64,000 nt of DNA from Setoptus koraiensis. Taxonomy: Eukaryota > Animalia > Arthropoda. The DNA lies in NCBI GenBank assembly GCA_048013815.1, contig CM106585.1, forward strand, positions 6,014,001 to 6,078,000, written 5' to 3'. Shown here piece by piece: positions 35,039 through 46,601 of this stretch. The translations under genes and the position numbers were made by a program. The stretch's first letter is position 1; each line of letters starts with the position of its first letter. The notes below the pieces were generated by a model. That model worked only from the letters and a program-made list of their open reading frames with translations. It ran no database searches and had not been told where the DNA came from.

Positions 35039-37601
35039 CTAGGCTATATAAAGTGCGCCCGACGGGGCCGCTCCGCCGTAACCGGACGGGGCCGCGCCGC
35101 CGTAACTGGACGGGGCCGGTGCGTAGCTGGATGGGGCCGGCGAGTAGCTGGATGGGGCCGGCGCGTAGCTTGACGAGCTTGTTTTGCGCATGCCGTACTC
35201 GGGAACGGGCGACGCGTTGCTGCCGTACACCGACGGCTGATATGGGCCGTAAGTGGGCGCGGAAAGCGGTGCGGCGCCGTAGCTTGCCGCGCCGGTCGGG
35301 TACATTTGTTGGTTGGCGCGATAGACGGGCGGCTTGTTGTAATTGCTCGATTGGGCATTGTTCGAGACGCTGGCGTAGCCGCTGAGCGCCGGCGAATTGT
35401 AGTTGCTACTGCCACCGGCCAGATATTTGGCCGATTGACCGTAGCCCGAGCTTGACGCCGCCTGACCGTAACCAGATGCCGGCAGGGCACTGCCGTAGCT
35501 CATGGCCGGCCCGCTGCCCGCGTAGTTGCTGCTCGACGAACCGGCAGCGTACGGTATCGACGCAGAGGGGGCGGAGTAGCCGCCGCTCGCTTGCTGGGCC
35601 GCGTAACCGGTTGATGCCGACGATGGTCCGCTGTACGACGGTGCCGAGTCGTAAGAGGGTGCCGCACCGTACGATGGTCCAGACGAGGGCGCCGAGTAGC
35701 CGCCCGCCGATCCCAGTGAGGCGTCACCGTAGCCGCCGCTCGAAGCTCCGTATCCGCTCGATCCGCCGCTAGATGATCCGTATCCGCCGCTCGATCCTCC
35801 GCTCGAGGCTCCGTATCCGCCACTCGAGGCTCCGTATCCGCTCGATCCGCCGCTCAAGGCTCCGTATCCGCCCGATCCGCCGCTCGAGGATCCGTACCCG
35901 CCGCTTGAAGCTCCGTATCCGCTCGATCCGCCGCTCGAGGCTCCGTATCCGCTCGATCCGCCGCTCGAGGATCCGTATCCGCTCGATCCGCCGCTCGGTG
36001 ATCCGTATCCGCTCGATCCGCCGCTTGGGGATCCGTATCCGCCGCTCGAAGCGCCGTATCCGCCGCTCGAGGCCCCGTATCCGCCTGAGCTGTAAGAGCT
36101 GCCGTCGGGGTGAGATGAAGTGTACGAGTTGCTGGCGCCGTACGAGCTGCCAGCCTTGGGTGGGTTACTGGACATGGACAGGTGAGTTGCGCCGTCGTAG
36201 TTGTCGTTTGTGGCGGTCAAAAGTGTCTGGCCAGGCTCTGCAAGTGATCGTATCGGGAATTGTCGACGGGTCGAATCGGGATTCACCGGTGAATATAGAG
36301 AAGAGATAATTAGCGATGAAAAGAAACACACAAACTCTAATTATGATTATGTAATAGCCATCGAGCCAAGGGACTCACCTAGCGGAGCGTAAGACGATGG
36401 CGAATTGGCGCCCTGGTAGCCGCCTTCACTGCCGCTTCCGTAGCTGGCGCTTCCGGCGCCCCCGTAAGAGGAACCGCTGGCTTGGCCGCCGTACGACGAC
36501 GAGTCCGACGAGTAGCCGCTCGATTCGCCGCCTCCGTATCCCGAGCTTGCGCCCGCTCCGTAGCCTCCCGCTGATTGGCCGTATCCTCCCGAACTTGAGT
36601 CACCACCGTAGCCGCCCTTTCCGCCGCCGTGACCGGCCGCTCGGCTGCCCTCTGGTCCGGGCAATTTGCTGCTGGAATCCAATTGAATCTCTGGCACAAA
36701 TATTGTCATCGGTTTGTGTGGTTGGCGCACCTTGGCCTTGATAGTTATCTTGGGCATGTTCATTTTGGGCATGTGAATCTTCATGGCGGGTATGTGCACG
36801 CCCAGATTGAGCTTAATACGGGGCCGGGGCGCACCGCCGTGGCCCGAACCTCCGCCGTAGCCGCCGCCGTAGCCGCCCTGCTCGCCTCCGTCGCCGCCGC
36901 CGTAGGCCGCCTCTGGGCCGGCATACGACGATGGCGCGGCCTCGTAGCCGGCCGACCCAGCGGCGGCACCCTGATCGTAGCCGCCCCCGCCGCCGCCACC
37001 CGACGGTCCATATGAGGGCGACGAGTGGACGTAGCCGAGGGTGAGGGCAATCACGAGAACGGCCAACGGGCACAGGCATGTGAATTCAATCTGGTTACAC
37101 AATTACACAGTGACGTAATAATGGCGACACAATCATAGTTACGTAATAATGGTGACACAATCATAGTTGCGCAATAATAGTGACACACAACAATAGTGTG
37201 CGGTTGTTTAAATGTAGGTGAGATAAGTGAGTGTGTCGCGTGCATTAATTGTATCACTCGATGGGGTCAGTAGGGCCAACAGAACGCGCGCACAGCCGAC
37301 CAACAAAGACAGGTGAATGAACAGGCGACACGGAGCCCACTTCCGGTCGACGGATACACTGGCCGAAGTTGGCATATCGAACGATTAGCGATTATCTAAT
37401 ATTGCATAATCCGTGATGAGTTGCCAGTGTTTAATCCTTACTTCCGGTTGGTTTGGGGTTCGCGTGTGTGTGTCACTCAAAATGGTGACAGTTTTCGGCC
37501 GGCTAACGAGCGCAAACTGTTCTGTTGGCCCCAAACATCGCGTTGAGTATGCAAGCTGGTGCAACAACAACAACAAGTGCTGACTGCGAACTTACCTTCA
37601 T
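35039..37601 (-). CDS. Secreted Gly/Ser/Tyr/Ala-rich repetitive structural protein (cuticle/silk-like), about 638 aa. Exons 37601-37596, 37090-36379, 36237-35039
   Basis: ATGAAG|GTAAGT micro-exon joins in phase 0 to AACCAG|ATT and completes a signal peptide (MKIEFTCLCPLAVLVIALTLGYVHS). CTAG|GTGAGT at 36378 joins in phase 1 to TTGCAG|AG at 36238 after an AG-free tract, fusing ORFs 36347-37102 and 35039-36331. GGSSGYGASS repeats. Confidence 0.8.
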
Positions 37602-38169
37602 GTTGGCTAATGGTGTAATGGCCGCTTGCGGTCTAACGGTTTAAATTAGATGGTTAATTAAATCACAGTCGATCAAACAATGTGTGTGTGTCAAATCAAT
37701 AAATATAAATACTTCCCTCTGTGTGTGTTGGTGGCTATGGTCGTGCTGGCCGGCGTAATGTGAGTCGTAATCTGGAAACAAAGTCGAGCGCATCGAGAGG
37801 AGGGGAGGGCGAGAAGATTTTCGAGGGTGAGATGGCTTGTCGCGATGATAACAGAGATAGAGCGATTGGGCGCGCTCGAAACCGGCCCGATTTTCGTCTT
37901 GGGCCGAATGTTCTGGCCGGAACAGTTCGGCCCGAACAGTTGAAGTTGCTGGTGGTCACAAGCTGGCCAAGACGGCGCTGGCAGATCAGAAATATTTGGG
38001 GCCCACGCGGCGACTCTCAGCCGACTGAGTTGGGCACTGATCGCGGGCAATGTTGCTCGAATATTGGTTGCAATATGCACATCGTGTTGCGTTGCAGCGT
38101 CACTCGTGGCGCCGGCGCTCTGGCCGAGTTCTGGCCGATGGTCAGCAGATTGCGGCCAGACGCCAACAA

Positions 38170-38249
38170 GTGACAGTTGGACAAAATGACAGTTGGACAG
38201 AGCGGCAGTTGGACGGAGTGACAGTTGGGCAAAGTGACAGTTGGAGAGG
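38170..38249. repeat. 16-nt tandem array x5 with (TGA)CAGTTGG core
   Basis: GTGACAGTTGGACAAA-type units in register. Confidence 0.85.
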
Positions 38250-41200
38250 ACGACGCCAACATTGCATGCGATATCAGCTAACAAGTCACTTGTTACAAGT
38301 GCGCACTGGCTGCGTCTGCGGACATATGACATGTGATATATGATATATGACGCACGAACAGACTGACAGCTAGATCGACACGAACAGATGATGTCCGCCT
38401 GAACAGTGTGCACTGACAATAGTGTAAGTATGCGAAAATAAACGCGCCCAATGCGTTTATTGAGTGGTCATTTGCACGTGACAATAGCGGCCATTGCAAC
38501 AGTGTCACACACAGGCCACACGCAAACGCGCCACGAACGAACGCTAATTGATTGGCGGTGCGTTATGGCGCCGCGTTGATTTGCGCCACTGGCACAGCCA
38601 AAGTGTCAAGTCAGCTGACACTCAAGTGTCAATTGCAACAACTGCTTGGGTGGTCGCAGCAATTGTCACCGACCGCCGAAGCGTGGGCGTCGCAATTGTT
38701 GTGCCACTGCGGCCGCAGCGGTCACAAGTGGTCACAAGTGGTCACAAGTGGTCGGCTCACAACGTTGTCAGCTGACCATTGTCATGTGTGCTGTCGTAAT
38801 TGGCAATGTAATTAATGCGCCATTTGAACGCTGTCTCATCGCTCGGCTCTGATTCTGATCTGACAACAGTTGTGAGCTCATTTGAATATCTCGTGAATAA
38901 CTCGCCCGTCAGCTGCAAATGAGCGGCTCACAACTTGTGAGTCACAAGCTTGTCAGGCCGAGTCGGCGCAACTCGGTGCAACTGACAGGTCAGTCGCTTG
39001 TGGCTCGCAACCTGTGAGCCGGTTGCGGGCCGGCCGAACGGGCCAACGGGCGAGCGGGCGAGCGCGCAATTAGCGTGGGGCGAGAGTTTTATTTGTTATT
39101 TGTTTTGTGATCGCTGCTGTGACCACTTGACGAGAGCGGCCGCTGAATTGCGACGAGGCGCAATTAATCAAGCGCGCGCCCGGATGTGCGCTCGGCCGCT
39201 CGAGAGCGGCCGACATTTGGAGCCGCTCGGCGCCGGCCGGAGCCGGCCGGACAAGCGCGCAAACAAGCCCGCAAACAAGCGAACAGGCGAACAAACAAGG
39301 GGGCGAGCAACAGGCAATCAGCGCGCTCACTACCTGTTTGTATAATTGATTAACTCTGCTTAATTAGTCAATCGCTCACGAATCGCTCACTTGTCAGCTG
39401 CCAGCGCGCGGTCACCTGTTGCGCTGGACGGCGGCACGCGCGGGCACCGCTAGTGCGGCCCGTGCACTTGGCGCGCCAACAGCCCCTGCTGAACAGAGAC
39501 TCTGTCACAGAGTCTCGGTCATCCGCTGACGTTATTCACGGTTATCCGCTGACCATCGTGAGCGGTGGTCAGCGAGTGGGCGCGACCATTCACCTGTTGC
39601 TCGTTCATTCGCGACTAATTTGTCTCATTTGAATGAATGTTGTTGTCGCAACAACAATGCTGTGCGCCTCACTGGCCCAATTAACTGGCCCAATTGAACA
39701 TCGGCGATTAATTGAACATCAAAATGGCGATTAATTAATTAATTAATTGTGCGCGATTAACTCATTGTGCGCGATTCGATTACGGGCAGCGGCACGTTGC
39801 CGGCGGGGGAGTTTACAGTTTGCATTTGAGTTTTATTTTATTTTTGTGTTTTATTGGTACGGCTTGTTGGCGCGCTTGTCAGCTGTCGCTGCGGCCAGCG
39901 GACCGCGGCCACTGCGGACACTGTTTGGTTGCCGGGCCGGCCGCTAGTCGCCCGTCGCCGGGGCGGTCGCCAGTTGCCGGACTAGATCGAGCGGCCGCCG
40001 GACTCGACCGCTCGATCTAAATACTGTCTAAATGGTTTCGTCAACGAGCCAGTGAGAGATGGCGAGATTAACAAGGGCATTAACAGGGCATATGAGCGCT
40101 GCAAGATTACAATTACAGCGACACAATTAACTGACTGACAATGCGACCGGCCGAGCTCCAAGTGAGACTGGCTCACAATGATGTGATTGTGAACGGTTCA
40201 CAATGTGAAGTGCGCGCCGGAGACAAAAGACGAACAACAAGCCAAATATGAATAAATGATAAAATCTAAACACAGTGTAATTGCAGTTTAAATTGCACTT
40301 GTGCGCCGAGTTTGTCTTTGGCGAGTCGTTGCAATTGGAACAAGTGGTTTGTTTGTTGTTTGCTTGTAATTAACAGCATCCTCGGCTCGTTGCTGTTTGC
40401 CGGTTGTTTGCTGTTTGTTTGCTGTTTGTTTTGCATGCCGGCCACCGGACTATACTCCGGCCAGACTGGACAAACGTTATATAGACATGAACAGATAAAC
40501 ATGCCAGTCGTCGTGCCATTATGAATCATTATGAGCAGTGGGCAGTGCGAGCTGTGGTCAAGCACACTTGCACTCGCCCTCGTCGGCCGCTCGTTGGCCG
40601 CTCGTCGGCCGCTCGTCGGCCAAATAGTTGGACAGTAGAGCAAACAGCGACTATTTATATTATTCATATTGTTGTGTTTGATATTATTGTGAGAGGGTCT
40701 CGCGAAGGCACGGCTCGCGGACACAAGGCAAGGCTCGCACTTGTTTTATCCGCTGCGCACAACACAAGTGGCCCTAGATAAACAGGCCAAGATAAACATG
40801 AGCCGCTTGCGGTCTAATTGGTCAAATGTAAACACAGGTTGCACAGGCCATAATTGTTGTCTCTGTTGTTACTCGTTACTGTTAATTGTGTATCTCTTCT
40901 CTTGGCATGCACGCTCGCCGTGTAATGACGCCAGCAACAACAATGACAGCGAGCCCACTCGCCGGCCGCTGTCCCGTCGACGCCAGCGCGCGGCGCATCC
41001 CTCGCTCAGATATCCCTCAAATATCCCTCGAATGTCCGCAGAATGTCCGCAAAATGTCCGCAGACTATCCTCGGAATATCCTCGGAATATCCTCGGAATA
41101 TCCACGGCGAACGCGGCGGAGGATATCGGCCTCGCACAAGCGACTAGTGACGCTCAGGCGACTTGTGACGCACAAGCGACTTGTGAGACGAGAAACTCTC

Positions 41201-44200
41201 ATCAGAAATTCAGAGTCTGAACGAGCTCTGACTCAGAGTCTCTGAATGAGCCCCGTCCTTGATTGAGAGAGAGACAGAGTCCGAAGCGAGCTCCGCTCAA
41301 ACGAGCGACAGGCCGCTTGTTTGCACGGGCGAGTCGCTGGCCCGAGATTCGCGAGTCTCCGCTTGAGATTTGCAAGTCTCGGCCCGAGATTCGCGATTGT
41401 CATTTGCATACATGGACGCGATGCGTCGCTGGTGTGGCCGCGATGCGCAAACAGCCAGCGACAAACAATGAGCGATCGCCGAAATTATGCTAATTGACTA
41501 ATTGCGCCAACACAACGCTTTTATTGTGCCTTGCTTATTATCGCTCGATAAACCGGATAAAGTTTTATGGCAAATAAGGCTTGTGCCTGCAATGAGAGCG
41601 GCAAGTGAAAGCGAGCGCTGCCTTCGCCATCGTGCGGCCGCTTCGGTGGCCAGAGTTCGGTCGGACGAATCACGGCGAGCGCGCACAATTGTTGCAATTG
41701 TCGCGCGCTGAGCATCGCGTAACGGTCATCGTGACGCACTGTGCGCCTGTCGGGACGCGCGCCGGTCGGGCATCCGAACATTCGGCCGGTCGGACATTCG
41801 AGCATTGGGCCGGTCGGACGGTCAGCCGGTCGGACATTCGTACATCAGGCCGCATCGCCGGCCCGTCGGATGTTTGCGTCTCGAGACGCGCACAGCCACA
41901 GATACGATCATGCATAAATTTGCCGGCCGAATGGCGCCGGCGAGAGAGTGATTGATGCGATTGGCCTTGTTAGTCACACACTCACTCGCTGGCTGGCTCG
42001 CTCACTCGCTCGCTGGATCGCGGACTGTCGCTCGGCCGGCCAGGCCGATTTGCCAAGACCGCTCATTGCGTCCCACTCGAACGCAGCGAGCGACGCGGGC
42101 GAGCGGCCGCAAACGGACCAACGGACCAACGGACCAACGGACAAACGGACAAACGGGCGAACGGACAAACGGACAAGCGAGCAAACGAGCAAACATTTGC
42201 ATCTCGTCAGTCATGGTGCCCATGCCCATGATCCACTTGCCAGCGAACGGCGACCGGCAGCAGTGACCGCGCAACTGTTTGCAGCCAACGGTTGCATCGA
42301 CAGTTCGCGTAACAGTTACATCGACAGTTCGCGCGGCTGTTACATCGACACTGACCAACGGCGCCGGCCGCCGCGAACGGTGACCGGCGCCGGCCAAACA
42401 AGCGCCAGTTATCGCGGCGTCATCTCGCTGTGCAACCGCGTGAGATGGAAGCGAGATAACTGTGATTACGCAATGTAACAGTTGCGCAATGTAACAGTGA
42501 CGCGATGAGCGCCAGTTGCACAGTGCAATCAACTCATTAGCATATTGCCATTTGTTGTGTGTGTGTGATTAGTTGACGCAACGCGCCAACTTTGATTAGC
42601 CTCTCATTATCTGGCTCGTTATCTCGCTACTTGATTGTGCCTCTAGATCCAATCAATCGAGGGGCGCAACCAGCGGAGGGGATGGCAACAGCAACAATGT
42701 CGGCCCCTCGAATTATTAGAGTCGAATTATTAGAGTCGAATCATTTGACGTCGAATCATTTGACGTGAAATACGCTCAAACGCGCACGAAATGAGAGCGC
42801 AATCAGTGCGGTCTCGGCAATGTTTGCCAATGTTTGCGCCGCTGTGCCGAGTCGGGTGCACGGCGCGCGCCCACACGCTGACCTGTCGCCCACTGTTCGT
42901 ATATAGAAACTGTCGCGCGCTAATTGTAACTAACTGTGCAACGCGCACCTCTACATAGTACCTACATAGTATTGTATCATAGAGGCTCTGTGCCATGATG
43001 ACTGACAGTGAGTGAGCAGCATTGAGCCGGTCAACCGCTCAACACTCACAGTGCCATTCTCACGTTGTCAGCTGTCATGCATCCGTCAACCGTGAGCTGT
43101 CACGCCAAACAGCTGATCGCAGCAGGTCAACACACAACGGGGCTTGCTGTTGAACAAGGTCAACACGCACAAGTGACTCGCTGCTCATCAGTGGGCGCAC
43201 TATGCGCACAATAATTGACAATCAATTGGCGCGTACCTGTCAGCTATTACCTGACCGGCCCCGTACGACTTGCCCCGGCCCGTATCCGGCCCGCACCCGA
43301 GCCGGGTCTCGCCGGCGGCCGGCCGGGCAAGTTGCGCCAGACTGTGCTCGACCCGAGCCGCACCAATGCCGGCCCGCGGCCCATGTGCAGCCTCAATGAT
43401 CATAATTGTGCAACAAATAATTACCCGTTGGCATGGCAAATGGGAGATTATTTGCCTGCCGCGCACACGGTGCCCGATAGCGGCGCCCGATAGCGGCGCC
43501 CGATAGCGGCGCCCCATAACGGGGCACCGGCCAGCCGCGACCGACCTGACAAGTTGTGAGAACGTGTTGCGACAAACAACCAAACAACAGACAATGTCAC
43601 AAAATGTCACACGAATTGCGTCTGCAGTGCGGCCGGTTGACACTGTCAAACACTGACAGTGTCAATGGTGGACAGTGGGCCAGCTCGGACCCGGCCCCCC
43701 GTCAATCGGTCGGCCGACTGTCGCTTGTGCCCGCCGAGTCAAGACTGTGCCGTGACTCGGTGCCTACAACAATTTGCAGCAAAAGTCGCACGGGGCCCGC
43801 GTCCCGTTGTCAGTTTGTCACACACACACACACACAACCAATTGGCAGCGCGGCACGCTTGGCTGCCCGCTCTGCGTACGTGCATCTATCGGATGTGTCG
43901 TGTTGGCTCGTGGCGCGGCTCGCCGAACGCCAAACCAAGCGGCCAGCGACACGGGCAAATGCGAGCCGGACAATTGCGGGTCCGACTAACGCGAGCCCGA
44001 CAATTGCGAGTCCAGCAAATGCGAGCCAGACAAATGCGAGCCAGACAAACGCGAGACGTCGGACAAATGCGACGGCAAAGCGAGCGCGAATTATGATGGG
44101 ATAGATTAAGCGCCAATCAGGGCCCCAAATGGACGGACGGGCTGGCCGAATGATGGGGCCCACGACGGGGCCCATCGATGGGGCCGAGCGACGCAGGGCC

Positions 44201-46546
44201 GAGCGACGGAGGCCGAATGATGGAGGGCGCCAATCAAAAGCGGAGCGAAACGAAGCGCCGCTGTCCATTGAATCGCAATGAGTCACTGGCCAATCTGATT
44301 GAGTCAATCAGTCGCTGGCGCGCAAACTAAACTTCGTTATCGCGCCGTTAGAGTATCGCTGGCTGGCCAGCGATACTCTGGCCAGCGATACTGGCCAGAG
44401 AAACTGCGGCGAGCGGCACTCGGGCGAGCGATGCCGGCGAGCGGCACTTTCGGCGGGCGACTTGTCGCGGTGCCCAGAGCGAGATTGTCGCAGCACCGTC
44501 CGCGGCACACGCTTACCGACGGTGCCCGACAACAATGGGCGCGCGGCCTATTAGTCGCGTCCAGTTGTGTCCCGTTATATGCGATTATTATAGCATTGTA
44601 GTGTCTGGTTGCGTCGCAATTGCAATGTTGGCCGGCCAATCTCGCTCGATATCAGGGCTTTTTAGCGTGCGTGCGTGCCCATAGCTGTGAGCTTGGCCGC
44701 ACCGATCACGAAATCGAATTAGTGGTTGCGTCACTTGCAATGTCCGGCTCGGACATTGCAAGCGAGTTGGCTCGTTCGGCGATGCGCTGCCAACGGCCCG
44801 TTACCTAACAATTGCGTCTAGCCAATTGTTAGGCCATAGGCCACCGTTTTGCCCTGTTACTTTTGGCCTGTTACGTCAGCGTTGTGTCGCTGCAACGTCG
44901 CAACGTTTTGCACCGTCACAAACCACCGTTACAAAGCGTGCATCGTCGTGCCGTTACAGCCGTTACAGCGGCCACAACAATGGCCCCGAGCGGCGCAACA
45001 TCGGCCCACAATCGGGCGACCGGCACACGAATGCCAAACCGAGCCCGCGTACAAGACAAGATTCACTTGGCGAGACGCTGCAACGGGGGCCGCTGGCGCG
45101 GCCATTGTGCGCACTTGTCACGCCACACTCTCTTTGTGCCCGCTCTTCTGTGCTGCTTGTTTTCGCAAAACCGTGACTCGCTCGCGGCCCGCTCACAACG
45201 CACGGGCCGCTCACAACTCACAGACCGCCGCTCGCAGCCCGCGACGCGGGCCAACAAAGGAGCCCGAGCGGGCAGCGGCCCGTCGGCGCCAGCACAATAA
45301 CCAGCTGACGCAATTCATAATGGCCAGGTGATCCATTAGCGCGCGATGCGTTTAGTCTGTGCCAAGACGGCACACAAAGACAGCGCACGCTTTGTGTGTC
45401 TGTGTGCAGTGCGGGCCGGCTAGTCAGCTGGCCGTCCCGTGGCCGCCCCGTCGGCCGCTCCGTCGGCCGGCCCGCGGGTCGACCGGCTACGACACGCGTC
45501 ACTCGAAAAGAGCCTCCAATGGGGAGTGTCGTTCAAAAAGTGTCGCCAGGCCGACCGGCGGCCCGAGCTGGCGCGCTGGGCCGAGTGCGGGCACGACCGC
45601 GCCAGACCGCTCGCCGCCGTCAATCAATTGAGCGCTGTCAGGCGGCCAGCTCGACGGCTCCGTCTGCATCAGTGTGCGATTTGCTGAGTTGCCGGGCCAG
45701 CGCGGGCACTGACCGGCCAACGGACTCTGCCAGAGTCACTCTGGCCGACCGAAGATTGCGAACGGCCAGCCAGCGACGGCCGGATTAGTCGGTCGCTTTT
45801 GACCGGCCGAGCCAGCGCGACCGTCTCGCGGGCCGCGGGTGTGCGGTCCGACTCGGACCGTCCGAGTGGGGCCGCCGTGCGCGGCCGCCAAGTGGGCCGG
45901 CCGGAATGTTGGGCTTTGGGCAACATTGTTGCTGCGCGAGAAGCGGCCAGGGCCGACAGCGGCGAGGGGGCCGGCAGACCGACAGTAGCGAGAGGGCCGG
46001 CAGGCCGAGAGAAACGACGAGAAACGACGAGCGGCGAGGGCCGAAACTCGAACTGAATTGGCCCAAATTGAGCTGAACCGAGCCAAATTGAGGGCGCAAC
46101 GGAACTGGCGCGCCCGAGCCACGGCGGCGGCCCATCGACCGCTCGTTTACGCAGTTTAACAGCCGCTTACCGACCCCTGACCGCTCGACGGGTGGCGCGC
46201 ACGCCCACACAAGGTCGCTTCATACGAGTTCATACGAACAGCGAGAGCGGCCCGTTTCCGCTGGCCCAATCAGCGCGGGCCCATCAGCGCGGGCCCAATC
46301 ACATTTTAACTATTCATCGTCGTCGTCGGCGTCTTGGGGCAAAGCGTTTAGTTAAACATGAGTTGTCGGCCCCCAGCGCGCGCCAGTCATTGCAATCTGA
46401 GCGGAATTAGATTAGATTCGCGGGCGTCTGTTGGGAGGCCGGGCCCGTCCGACAGCGCGGTTGCGTTTGCGCGTCGCGTTGCGGCCGCCAGTTTGGCTGT
46501 CTCGTTGTTCGGGGCCCGTCGACGCTGCCAAGGGTTGCCAGTGTCT

Positions 46547-46601
46547 GCCAGTGTCTGCCAGTGTCTGCCAGTGTCTGCCAGTGTCTGCCAGTGTCTGCCA
46601 G
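46547..46601. repeat. 10-nt tandem repeat (GCCAGTGTCT) x5
   Basis: Direct reading of perfect units. Confidence 0.9.

Noticed and set aside
35039-37102. Two separate tandem genes, as suggested by the ORF track
   Set aside because: Neither ORF has a suitable ATG plus signal peptide; phase-compatible splice sites join them.
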